Source of the DNA: Paramecium tetraurelia
Lineage: Eukaryota
Reading direction: 5' to 3'
Assembly (NCBI GenBank): GCA_000165425.1
Contig: CT868208.1
Location: forward strand, 248,001 to 312,000
Length of the DNA: 64,000 nucleotides
A model generated the notes under the pieces. That model was not told the origin of the DNA. It was given only the letters and a program-made list of their open reading frames with translations, and did not search any database. Positions 14,807-27,895 of this stretch are shown piece after piece. The number at the start of each line of letters is the position of its first letter. Within the stretch, counting starts at the first letter, position 1. A program made the translations under genes and the position numbers.

Positions 14807-16031
14807 ATGGAAATCGATCAAACATGCTCTCAACATCCTAAATAAAAAATCGGCTGGGTTTGCTTAGAGAAGCAGTGCATGCAACGAGTAATGTGTTCAC
14901 CTTGTGCAGTTAAGCATCATGAAAAATCGCATAAAGTAAAAATTTGAATTCACATTTAAAAGTTAGAAGAACTTTCAAATTTATTAGATAATGGAGTTTT
15001 ATAAATGTATTAAAGCAACAGCAAAAATGTAAGTCCTGGTCTTAAATATTTGATTAATGGCGAACCTGAATTAATCCAAGAGGAAAATAGATGCGGAAAT
15101 GAAAATAACTATTTTTAAAGTGTGATAGAGAGAAATCTCGGTGGAGTGCAAAAGAAAATGGATGCATTTAAAAAAGAGTTTTAGGATAAATAAAAGGAGA
15201 TTAAATAAAGTAATTAAGAAGAGAGAAATGAGATCATTACTACTTTAGAATAATTCAATGAAAAAATAAAAGTCTCAGAAGATGTTGGAAATGATATTGA
15301 AGAAGCTTTTAAAAAGATCTAATCATATGTCAACCATAAAGAATACGAATTCAAAAATAATAAAGAAGGAGAGATTGTAAATAAAAAGTAAAAATTTTGC
15401 AATATAAAATTTAGAATTTACCTTCTTAATTTAATGAAGGATAACTTCGTGAAAATGATAAAAACTTATTTTAGTAATGCTTTTACAATAGAATTTTGTA
15501 AGCTATTCGATATGCAAATGGAAACATTAAATTCGAAAGAAGTTCAAGATGTGAATGGATTTTTAGATTATGTGGACAGTAAATGGAAATAAGATTATAA
15601 AAACCTTTAAACATCCATAGAAAAATTCGTTTAAAAATTGCATGAGGGCCTCAAATATATTATTCAATTGCCTTTACAAGAGGAGAAAGTATTAGTTATA
15701 TAATATCTTATTTTAGACCTTAAAGTAATAAATTGTTGTTCCATAATTTACTTCTCCATCAAGAAATCCTGTTTAGTTTCAATAATAGCCTTAATTTGTT
15801 CCATTAACACCTTACAATCAAGTACCTCCTCAATATCAGTTCCATTCATAAGTGCAATTGACTGGTTAAAGGATATATCCGAATTAAAACTAATTCAACT
15901 CTGCTCAAGTGCCATTAGCTGATGTAGAAAACGATTATTTTGCATAATCATAAATAATTTATGAAGAGCCTTAGACGCGGAATAATACAAGACCTGATTT
16001 TGTTAGTTAGAGTTTATAATAATATAAATGA
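14807..16031 (+). CDS. B-box-like zinc finger plus coiled-coil protein
   Basis: MEIDQTCSQHPKQKIGWVCLEKQCMQRVMCSPCAVKHHEKSHK, then a coiled coil and a P/Q-rich tail. Three short introns. TGA at 16029-16031. Confidence 0.75.
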
Positions 16032-16389
16032 TATAAATTTATAAAAAACTAGATACTCCTGTAAAAAAATATTAGCAATGAACTTATTATCAATCATTAA
16101 TTGAGTAATTGGGTTTATAGATCTGTATATAGTTGCCAAAAGTAAGAAATTAAAATATGGTAGGTTAATGAAGGATTAATCTAGATATATACTTTAATAT
16201 AGATAATAGATGGTTAAAACTTTTTGTATTAATTTTTTCTCTTTTTAAGCTATCACTAATTTTGAACTTAGAAAACAATAAAGAACAATCTCTTTTTATA
16301 GAATTATTTTTTATAATGTTTATTTTTTTATATATGCTTTTTGGATTTACTTTATATGATATTTATATAATTTTTAATTTATTATAATC

Positions 16390-18108
16390 ATGGATGATAC
16401 AAGCGAATAGCTGGATCGAATTAATGCTACGGCTGAAAATATAAAACAAAATTCTATAAAAGAAAGCTTGAAAAGGATTTTAAAACTTATAAAGAGTTTG
16501 AAAAAAAATGTTTAAAAATAGAAAAAAAAATTAAATATCCTACAATCATATCTGTCTTTAGGAATAATTTCAATTATTTATTCTGGATTAATGTTTTTAA
16601 TGCACTAAACAAATTAGGAAGTCTATTCATAATTTTTGAACAATTTAAATCAAGATATTATTGTTGATTTTTATATTGAATGGAATGCACCAACTTGTAA
16701 CTCTTCATATGAGCCACTAATTGAACATAAATATAGAAGAGTAATCAAAGGCTGCGATTGCAGTTAAATTAAAAATATAACTTAGGAACAAAATCATAAG
16801 TCAGAAATCTTTATTGAAAAGGAATGTACTTATTCTAATTTGAAGCAATCATGCTTTACGTTTTCTTAAGAACTTTATTCCGATTTAATTTATTTAAACA
16901 ACAATGATTTTGGAGCTCGTATATATACATATCTATATAGCGTTTCTAATTTGTGCAAAAAGAGAAAAGAATGTCTCTTTGAAGAACAATTTTACATATT
17001 GTTAGCAATAGGAAAGGAATATCTGTGGCTCTAAGGTTTAATATTGTTTGCCCAAAAATATAAGCTGTCCTATTTCAGAATTTGGAATAAAAAATAAAGA
17101 AACATTAGATATAACTCTAAATTATACACAATTAGATCTTGGTAACAATATTGTTTTTTTTTTTCGTTCTGATTAAGATAGGTTACCCATTTCTTAAGTT
17201 TATCTTATAAAAGGAGAGAAGATGTGTAAGTTAAATAGCCAAAAAGCCTTTACTGAACAATAAATTTTATCAGAAAATTAACTAGAGGTTTGTAAAGAAT
17301 TTGATAATGTATTCTAAAATGTTTATGCATTATCTGAGGAACAGTTATTTTTATCAAATAATTTACTTTAATATAAAAATGAATTAAATCATTTTTACAT
17401 TGATAAAAATCATAGTTGGACTTTGCAAGCGAAACCTTATACAGAAATAGAAGAAAAATGCTAAGAAAATGACTACTTTGAAAAAATGTTAAACAACACA
17501 TATGAAGAAGACCTTCTTATAATAAAATCAATTCAATTAATTGTAATATTGATTTTACACATTGCCTTAAAACTGGCAGAGTAATACATAATTAGCTAAT
17601 AGCTAAAATAAAATTATTATAGAAATAATTTGATGGTTTAGTAAAATTAATAACCAGCAGATTTCAGTTTTCATTAACAGCAATAATTGAATAAAAATTA
17701 AAATGAAAATATTTAGTTATAGGAATAGGAACCACCTAACATTTCTTAAAATAATTAATTTAGAAAAATATAAATAATCCGCATCATCCACTCAATTATT
17801 TAAGTCATAGTAATCGTAACAATTTATATTCGAATTAATTATTTTATTGAAGAAATTTAATAAATCATAAGTATCCCTTGCATAAAAAATGATGATGCAA
17901 ACAACTACTTAAAATATTATACCTAGGATCATCCAATTTCTTCATTTTTGAATTACTTAATTTTTTTCATAGGTATAGCATACGGTATTAAAATTATAAA
18001 TCCCTGCACCTAAATATTTTGTGGAGTATAAATAAAAAGAATAAGGATTATTCCTAATACAATATGAATATGTGGGATAAAGGCTCTTTTATTTTGAAAA
18101 ATTTGTGA
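16390..18108 (+). CDS. ciliate-type multi-pass membrane protein with a Cys-rich extracellular loop
   Basis: Continuous code-6 ORF with an N-terminal TM segment (YLSLGIISIIYSGLMFL), GCDC, ICGS..YCLPKNISCPISE and C-terminal hydrophobic segments. The extreme 3' end is uncertain. Confidence 0.65.
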
Positions 18109-18159
18109 TTTTCAGTAAGATAATTTTTGCTTATTTTAATTTATTAATATTATTTAAAA

Positions 18160-20185
18160 TGATATAACCAAAAACCTTATTAATTTAATGGTAAATCTGA
18201 ATCTTACCGTAAACACAAAATTTCCTTTTAAAGTGAATTTTATTTAATAAACACCATATTTTTTTATCGAATTTTATCTAAATTAATTTAATTTCAAACA
18301 ACCATCAAAACAAATAGAATTTTTATTATTTGTTAATATTCTTCCATACATCGATTTCTAGTATAGTTTGATTCTTTTTGTATTTGATAAAATTTTATTC
18401 TACCTTAGGACTGAAATTTTGTTCAAAAGAAATAACCTTCTAGAAGACCTTAAAATATTTGTTAATCTTGTTTTTATCAAAACATCATTTGAATCAAGAA
18501 CCAGATTTTGTTTCATAATATGATACTAATAATTCAGTTAAGTGCTTTGATAAAATTTATATTGATTTATTGCTTCAACAGAAATTTCTATTTTACAACA
18601 ACTCTTTAATTTGAATCTAACTTTAAATTGTAAATCTAATTATGCAAATTAATATAATATTAAATCAAACTAAGAAAATTATAATATTTTATGTTTAAAA
18701 GATTTATTCATATTTAATTTTGTACATTAAATAATTAACTCAAAAGAATAAGATTATTTACACCTGCTTTTGTTTGAGTAAGGTTTTTAGCCATTTAATA
18801 ATTTGAAGATTATTGATAACTTCTATACTTAAGAATTCTTTCAGATACAATTTCAAATGAAAAAAGGAATGACCCCACATTGCGTATATTGTGTTGAGCA
18901 ATATTTCACCAAGCTTCTCATACTTCACAATATTCGGTGATTATAAAAAGGATAGATACTTCTTACTTAATACATTCAAATGAGTTATGGACTAAGAAAT
19001 CTAAATAAAGAGACATTCAAAGAAAGATTAAATTATGGTTTCAGAAATGGGATTGGAAATTAATTCGATCTCTACAGATAGTTCTGCTCCATTTAACTTT
19101 TATCGTAAATATACCTTTAATTTTTCAGAAATGCTATGCTGTTGAAAATTCGTAGATTTAGTTGGACCTTGTTATGAATGAACCAAGCGATTATATTATT
19201 TGGAATAAGATCTGTAATTTTATCTATGTTCACATATAGAAATAATTTCTAAATATTAGCAATACAAAATAGTTATTCAGACTCTCCTATTCATTTGAAT
19301 TATATTTAGAATATAATTTATCCCAATTTATTTTTAGGTTGAAGCGCAATAATAGTATGATAAGCACTTAAAAAACACCGTAGACAATTAATCCTTTCTA
19401 GGCAAGATTTCAATAACCATATTTAAAAAAGTATAAATAATGGTTTATCTTAATTAAGACCTAAAATATTACATACTCTTAAGTGGGAGTCATTTTAAAA
19501 CTATTTTGAAAGAGAATCTTTTTCTTATTTATCAAAATGTTTCTGATTCATTGCCATTAATGATAGAGTCTATCTTTAGTTTTCCTTTTGGCCATAAAGA
19601 ATCCAACATTCTGGATAATATTCTTGAACTAAATCTGGTTTTTCTACATAGCCTTAATCATGGCATGAGGGCAATTAGTGAGTAGAATTTGTAAATAAAA
19701 TGAGGAAGTTTCATTTTCAGCTCCTCTTTTTAAATTGTATAAGCATTTCACAAAACTAACTGTGTTAAGCAATCCAGCATTCATCAATTCACTTAAGAAC
19801 TTCAAAATTGTCTATCCTAAATAGGAGTTTCCTCTTAAGTAATTTTTATAAATGCTCCAATTGTCAAAGTATGATTTGATCAGTCAAGCTTAAGTTGCTT
19901 GTTATGATATCTACTTACAATTTTTTTGGTGGACAAAAGAGCCAGATTGTCGCATAAATTCCAGATTTAAGAGGTAAAAGTTTTGCACTTTAAATTATAA
20001 ATTAAATCATAGCAACTTTCACTTCTTATTCAATTTATTGATAATATTCGTTTAAAACATCAACTATCATTAGTAAATCCTTTTTAAAATTGTCTGCTCC
20101 ATCATCACCTACTCTACATATTTATTATTAATCTCAAAATATGCTAATGATCTTATTCTAGTCTTTCAGGTGGTACTTTATGTGA
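18160..20185 (+). pseudogene. degenerate or fragmented helical-repeat-like gene (boundaries approximate)
   Basis: Coding-like blocks (e.g. KTILKENLFLIYQNVSDSLPLMIESIFSFPFG..) and GT..AG mini-introns are present. The 5' part needs several frame changes, contains TGAs, and has an acceptor near 19337 with no matching GT donor. Confidence 0.35.
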
Positions 20186-20260
20186 AATCGGCAGCATATA
20201 TAAAATCAATATTTAATTGCATAAACAATTTAATTTTTCATATTTATATATACGTTAAAC

Positions 20261-23258
20261 ATGCTATCATCATCTAAGCTATTCAATAGTCAATCTCAAT
20301 TAGAATGTAATATCCATTTAAATTGTTTACTTAGAGTGTCTGTTGGATATCTCAACCAAGATTTTACATGACTCAGCAATTGAATCCAATAAGGACTCCA
20401 AAAGCATAGTTTTTAATAGAATCAAAGAAATCACTCTTGAAGCTTTCTCCAAATAGTTTACTGATGAAATCCATCGTTTATAAGCAGAATTAAGATAAGA
20501 ATAAGCATTGAATGATTAAATTAAAAGAGAGTTCTTGGAAAGGGAAGAAACTATAATCCAAGAGTTTGAATCTAAGCAAAGAGAATTTCAATTATAACAA
20601 ATAAGAGAAGTTTAGGAATTATAGGATTTACTAGAAGCATCAGAAACATAACTTCAAGTAAATTTAAATTTCAAAATTAGAAATATTAACAATAAAATGA
20701 TAAGCTTAATAAGCAAATAAAGGAGTTATAATAGAAAGAACAATAATTATTGAAAGAGAATTTGAATGCAAAGGAAAATTTGTAGTAATGTGATTAACTA
20801 TAAAATCTCTTAAATTCTGAGTTGAATGATATGAGATCAAGAAATGAGTCTCTTAATTAATTAAATTAGTAATTAGATAGATAAAATAGAGATTTCAAAA
20901 ATGAATGTGAACTTACATTGAAAGAACTTACTGAAGTAAAAAGAAAATCATAATAGTAAATGGATCTGAATCTTCAATTAGATGAGGAAATTGAATAATA
21001 CAAAGTTGAAATTGAGTAGATTAAAACGAAAAAACACTAAGAAATATCTAAACAAAGAGAACTTCTTGATTAATTAAAAGAAAAGAGTAATCAAAAAATA
21101 AATGAATTGAAAAACAAATTAAAAGAAGCTTAAAATATTGAATAATATTAGTAAGAGCAATTGGATGAACTTTAAGAATTAATTAAATAATCAGAAAATC
21201 AATTAAAGCAGTTATAAATTAATCATAAATAAGATCTTAAATAAATGGAATAATAATACACTAAATAAATTTAAGATTTGGAATAGTAATTCTTAGACGA
21301 AAAATTAAACTTGGAGGAGAATTTAACAACATCTTTTGAATAAGTTATTATAGATAAGGATAGACAAATCTAAGATTTAATGAAGGAAGTCAAAACGAAT
21401 AAAGATAAATTATACCAATAAAATTTAGAATTTGAGAATATGTAAAGATAATAATAGAACCTTGAAATGGAGATTAATCATTTAAATGAGGAATTAAATT
21501 AGTAAAATTACGATTAAGAGGAGTTAGAAAATAGAAATAGAAGTCTAGAATTGGATATCACTAAAAAAGACTAAAAATTAAAAGTTTTACTTTCAGAATT
21601 AGATGATATTAAAGTATTCTAAGAATAAACCTTAAATACCATAAGAGAAAACTAAGACTATATTACTGAAATCGAAAAAGAAAACTAATAACATTAATAA
21701 TTTTTATAACACATTTAAAATCTATTGGAAATTTAAATTAAAGGATCATTTTCTTTTTAAAGATTAGGATAAGAAGTAGAATAAAAATTGAAATAACATA
21801 AGGATGATATAAGAAGATAGAACGAAGAAATAAAAAAGAAAGAGGAATTACATAGTTTAGAATTGTAAGACAAGGATTCAAAACTTATGCTCTTGCAGGA
21901 TAATTTTAATGATGAAAACAACAAAATTTAGTCTCAATTATAAGAATAATAAGTTGAAAACAGAAGATAAAGAAATGAATTTAAATAGAAAATTGATGAA
22001 CAGAATAAAATTATAATTGAGTTATAAAAAGATTAAATTGAGAGTAATAATTAAATTGAATTCCTACAAATTCAGAATTAATAAATTATTTAAGATTTAG
22101 AATCAAATAATGATCAATTGGAATGTGCTAAATTAGAAATCTAAGAAATGATGAAAAAAGATAAAATTTAAAATGAGGAAATAGGCAAAAAAATTAGCCA
22201 TTTGAACAATGAAAACACTTAATTACAAATTTAACTAGAAGAACAGAAATTTAAATAAAAAACATTAAAATAGCGAATTATTAGAGCATTTGGTAGATAT
22301 AAGGAATTAACATCCATTTAACTTATTGAATTAAGAAATTTTTTAATCAATAAATAAAAGTAGTTAGAAAGTGATTGCAAATTAATCTTGCATAATCTAT
22401 ATAAAAAATAATTGCTTATTACAGAAAATAAGATATAAATGATAGAGGATGAAAGATAATATGAAATGGAGTAAATGAATTTGGAAATGGAGAAAAAATT
22501 AGATAATTTCAAGAAGTAATTTAAACAATCAGAATAATTAATATATGAAGAAGGTTAATTAAAATTAAAATAGAAATAATAGCAAATAGAATAATTAATG
22601 ACATCGAAAGCTAACGATTTTGAATTTAAAAATTAAATTTCATTGTTAAATAAGGAAAATGAAGAACTTTAAAAATAATTATTGTTGCAAGAACAAATAT
22701 TTCTAGAATAAAAATAAAATTTTGAGCTAGAATTTATGAATTTAAATAAACTCATTAAAGAATAATAGGAAGAATTGTATTTATTATTAATATAATTAGA
22801 ATATCATAATAGTAGTTCTCTGAATATACAATGAGTAGAGAGAGATAATTCTTTGAATAAAGATATTAAGACTTTAAACTAAAATAAGAAAAAAAAGTAG
22901 ATTTAATTTAATAAGATTATTAATTATAAATTTCACAACTAGAAAATATAATTTAATAGCCTAATAAATTGAAATCTTAATCTCCAAATAAAAATATTCA
23001 AAAATCTCCCATTTAAAATCAGTAACCCAAATTATTAAGTAAAAATTAATAAAATATTGAGACAATAAATCATAAAGTTTTGGAAGTCCAAGCCTAAATT
23101 TATCAACAAAAACACCAAATAAAGCAGTGAATTCAATTGATAATACAGACAAAACGATAGAAGAATTAAGATTAGAGATCTAGTAATAAAAACAAAAACT
23201 AAGTAGAATGAAATTGACATTTACTGAAAGTCAAAAAAAACAGTATAAAAGAAATTGA
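20261..23258 (+). CDS. large E/Q/K-rich coiled-coil protein (~980 aa)
   Basis: Starts MLSSSKLFNSQSQLE, with introns at ~20307-20334 and ~20657-20680. Continuous heptad-rich frame and a C-terminal S/T-P tail. TGA at 23256-23258. Confidence 0.75.
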
Positions 23259-23548
23259 TTACAATAATTTTATTGTGATTGTATACTATTTATTTTATAG
23301 TTAAAAACCTAAGTTATTTACTTTTATTATTAAAAAATATATAAAATTAATTTAATAAATGAATTAAATAGGTAAAAAAGGTGTGATTAAGTCCTTACTT
23401 TTGTTTATTTAAAGATTTTAAATTATTTACTTATTAAAACCCTATAGACACTAATGTTTATTATGTAAATTAGAATAACTAAAAGGTTACTATAAAACAA
23501 ATATCTTAGATAAATATTATATGATATAATGATTGCAATTATGAATCA

Positions 23549-25114
23549 TCATAAAATCACTTCATCCTATTCTGTCTTTTTTTACTTCATTTAAAGTAAA
23601 ATGAAATCTGATCTTTTGTATGATGGTGCTGTTTCAATTTCTCTGAGTTTCAAAGGACCTTTTTTGATCAATAACTGTATAAAAGCAAAAAAATTACTTA
23701 TTCTTAATCTTCTGTTTCTTCTAATTGAGGAACATCAACAGGTTATTAGTATTCAGGAGGTAAGGAGCTTGAATCTCCACCAACGATGTGTATCTCCTCT
23801 TCTGATTCCTCTGTATGTTCAGGAGGTAATGAGCTTGAATCTCCACCTACAATAAGAGGCTCTTCTGGTTCATCTCTGTATTGAGGAGGTAATGAACTCT
23901 CGTCTGCACCCAAAATATGAGGTTCCTCTGGTTCGTCTCTATTTTAAGGAGGTAAGGAGTTCTTATCTCCACCAACTCTTATATGATCATTTCTTTCTTG
24001 CTAATTGATAATGTTAAATCATTACTGTCAAAGCTTCTTTTTCTTCATCGGTTGTTTTGTTGTCAATTTCTTTATCATATAATTCATATAATTATGAGAA
24101 AATAGCTAATTGTTTAAGTAACCTTTAATGTTCCTCAACATAATCATTGTAGGCTAGAACACCATCATTTTTTGCTACTTCAATAGCTCTGTCAATGTCT
24201 GTTACTCTTTCTCTGCATTATTGAGCACTGTATTATAAAGCGAGCAATTAATCACCTAAGTTTTCCTAATCACTTTAGAAAAATTTAATTTACTAATTGT
24301 TTTCCTAATTCAACAATCTTTTATTCAAAGAATTCATTTTCTTTGAGGATTCTTTACTTCCATTCAAGATAAGCTAATCCCACTCTGATCATATCAGCTT
24401 ATGCAACTGGAATATGAGAATTGATATGAGCCTCTAATTCATCCAAAACTACTAGGATTTCATTTCTAACTTCTTAGAATTTCTTCATTTCAATTGGACC
24501 CATATGTGTTTAAATCATATTAGGGTTTTCCTCTCTTTCAATTTCCATTGTTCTTGTTAATTCCAAAAATTCATATTTCTACTCCTTTATATCCTAAAGG
24601 AATGATAGGATATTTTTCATAGCTTATGATTTTTATGCATATGAGGTGCCTTCTGAAACTATTTTTTCAAGTTATTCTTTAACAAATACTGAGACTGTTA
24701 ATGAAATTTTATCATCTCTGACAGTTTCAACGAAGTTCAAAGATTGTCTACATTATAGATCTTCAATAGTTTGAATTCTATTTTTATTGACGTGAATTCT
24801 ATGTTCGATCCATGAAATTAAATCAGACATTTCTTAGATTTCTGTTTTTTTATTGATTACATTCTCATCTCTTCTATCACAATCAGCCTCTTGATCAGTC
24901 TTTGTTTATTTTAATGCCTAAATACTTGCTTGTTTCATCTTAATCATAATTTATGAATCAATACTTTTTATGTTAATACCCATTCAGCATCTAAAGTTAC
25001 AATTTGCTCATGGATATCATCCTTCAGTTCTAAAAGTAATTCTTGCACATGCTTAATATCATTATGTGCCAGAACAACACATGCCAAAAATGCAAAAAGC
25101 ACTATTTATTTCAT
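23549..25114 (-). CDS. secreted trichocyst-matrix/granule-lattice (TMP/Grl)-like precursor with a C-terminal repeat extension
   Basis: Signal peptide MKQIVLFAFLACVVLA. Two acidic coiled-coil halves with sparse Cys are separated by a linker, as in TMP/Grl precursors. Four short introns. Stop at 23549-23551. Confidence 0.65.
23750..23985 (-). repeat. four ~63-66 bp coding tandem repeats (xIVGGDxSSLPPxxxxEPEEP)
   Basis: HIRVGGDKNSLPPQNRDEPEEP / HILGADESSLPPQYRDEPEEP / LIVGGDSSSLPPEHTEESEEEI / HIVGGDSSSLPPEY. Confidence 0.9.
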
Positions 25115-26159
25115 CTATTAATATTATAAAAACGGGTAATTAATATTTTATATCCATTTTAATTTATAACTATAAATATTTCCATTTTTATGCAATTTCT
25201 TATGTATTGAACAATAGATCACTTTTTCAATCTTTTAACATCTCTCTCCTTTGATTATCCTTAAGAATCATATGCATAAATTGAAGGTAACTTATGTAAA
25301 TAATCACTACTATACAAAAAATTATAAAATATGTGTTTATGTCAGAATTATCAATTCCTACATTGAAAATCTTTATTAAAGTAATAAAATACTTTGATAG
25401 GCAATTTTTTTGAAAATAACAATTATAGGATAAAATGATGATAAATAAGTGAAACAGAAGAGAATTGTGAGAAGTTTTAACATCTGCAAAGAACTTGAGA
25501 AATAAGATTGCTTTTTAAAATAGTCACAATAGAACGAAACTAATTTATAACAATAATAGGGAATAAAGGGATTAAATCAAAGGCTTATTGACTAAACAAG
25601 AAAAATATCCATTTAATTTATTTCATTTGCTTAGATAAAATAAAAACAGAAATATAAGAATATTCTCCATCAAATTGTTTTCATGAAAAGCTATGATCTA
25701 ATAGAAAAAAATTAAAGTAGTAAATTACTCTTCTAAATCGAAGATATCATTCTCAAAAATTCTGTTTTTTTTCAGAACTCCATACAACATTAGATAAAAT
25801 TACTTTACCATTTGGAAATAATGATATTATTAAACCTTTTAACGGTGGTTTAACTAATATTTTAATAATTTATAAATTTTATTTTAAGTTATGAGTGAAT
25901 AGTAATTGAGCTGGAGTTATATTGGTCAGTTTTATAGGAACAGCTACAGATATTCAAACTTTTCTTAAGCATAATATTTATGATTACCATAAGTTTAAGT
26001 AAAAATTAATTTGATGTACTTGTCAATAAGATAAATTGATTTTTAACAAAATAATGCATATTAGAGAAAGACAAAATAAGACAAATTTAACTTATATTCT
26101 AAAAGATATTTGATTATCTACACAATTTATAATCTTAGCATTATAAGATATTATATAAA

Positions 26160-27895
26160 TCATTATACAAATACAATACTTTCTTTAGAAATATTTTATT
26201 TAGATGATCTTACTTTTTTGATTTTAATCGATGATGAAGATGTATCTATTAGATTAGATGATGTTTTTCCAATGATTGTAGTTTCACTGCTTTTCTATTT
26301 TTTTATCTTTTTATTTATTGTATTCTTATTCTTTTTTTTGAATAAACCTTTTGATGTAAGAGTCTCTTTATTTTCCGAGTGAATTTTTTAAATATTAAAG
26401 AAATCTAATGGAATATTTTTAATTAGTTTCCTCTTATTTTCAACTAGTATCTCGAAGGTTGATTATTAGTACAAACTTTCTAAATTACCACCAATCTCTA
26501 AAAATGTTCTTTTCAATTTGTAAATAGAATCATTACGTTAGCATCTGATGCAGAAACATAATCCCTTAAATAATAATAATTAAATACTTTGCATTACGGG
26601 CAAATCCAGTTGAGCCCAGAAACATCATAGTCTTTAAATTCATATTACAAACATTTAAAACAAAAATACTTTTAGCACTGAATTTAATTGTCTAATGATA
26701 ATTAATTTACTTACTTTCTATAATATAGTTAGCAGAATAGAGATCTGTATAAAATTATTGTATTTATCTTTTAGAAATTGCATATCTCTATTAGATCAGT
26801 AAATCTTCATTGAATTATTGTAATTTCATATTTGCATGATTGTATTTACATTATTATAAATCGGTTATTTCTATCATTTATCTACAACTATGACACATTT
26901 CAGTTTGAATTGAAACTATTGTTTATGATTCCTCTTGAATGTTCTATTACGAAACGCTTAACTCTAATTCTGTTTCTCGAAGTCTTTAGAAATTTAAAAA
27001 TTAATCAAATTTAAAATCAATTGGAGTTTTGCTTAAATATTTATCGAAAGTAATAGAAGCAAGATTAGCTATTTAATCAATAACTAAATTACTTTCAGAA
27101 TTATAAATGCTTTTTCCAATTGAATCCGCTACTTAATAATCTTAATAATGAATTATCAGCTTTTCTAGATTTTCTAACTCAAATTAATGATGCTAAATTC
27201 GGAATCTTGAAATCCTTAATGCAAATTGTCCTGTCTATTTAATATTATATTAATATAATAAATATCTATTGATTTCTTCTAAATGTCCTATAAGACTAAA
27301 ATTTCAAAACAGAAAAATACTTATTTAATTATTTGGTATTCTTATCCTAAACTTTTATTAAATCATCTTCCAATTCCATAATAACCTCTTGCAATTAATC
27401 AGGCAGATCTATCTTTTACTGCAAATTTTGTAATATTGAGGCTTCTTATTCTAAAATTTCCATTTATTCTTCCAAAGGTAGCAAATGCATATTTTTTAGC
27501 AAAACTTTATTTAATTCCAATCTATCTCCTAATTCTTACTAGCAAATCTTATCAATTATTTCATTCATTAATTCTTAAATTGGCTCGAATGATTTCTCTC
27601 TTTACATTAACAATAAACTTAAGTGCACTCTGATGTTATTGTCATTCAACTTCTAAAGCTAGGACCCATTTTTTCTCAAAGATTTCAATGTTTTATCTAT
27701 CTATTCCTAAATCTAAACACTTCCAAGATTAGAAGCTAAAACTAACATTAACACCTACATTTTTTATATATTTTTTTCTAAACATTTAATTGAAATCTGG
27801 TGATTCTACCATAAAATACCTGTAGGATTCACTTACTCTGGCCAAAAATCAGATGTAACAAAGAGATTCAACTATTTTTATCCATTTTTAATCAT
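26160..27895 (-). CDS. zf-4CXXC_R1 (CDCA7-type) zinc-finger protein
   Basis: CHSCRQ..C..(long insert)..CQKYFCFKCL..NWICPQCKGLCFCIRCQRND, followed by a basic Lys-rich tail. Four short introns. Stop at 26160-26162. Confidence 0.75.

Noticed and set aside
23601..23855. Plus-strand ORF with internal repeats, and a CRISPR-like look of the 23750-23985 repeats
   Set aside because: It is antisense to in-frame coding repeats. The units are degenerate protein repeats without unique spacers, in a eukaryote.
26110..26382. Hydrophobic plus-strand ORF
   Set aside because: Antisense of the Lys-rich tail of the zinc-finger gene.
27235..27270. Apparent non-canonical intron or retained IES in the zinc-finger gene
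   Set aside because: The AT-rich stretch reads through in frame (RYLLYQYNIKQ), so no excision is needed.
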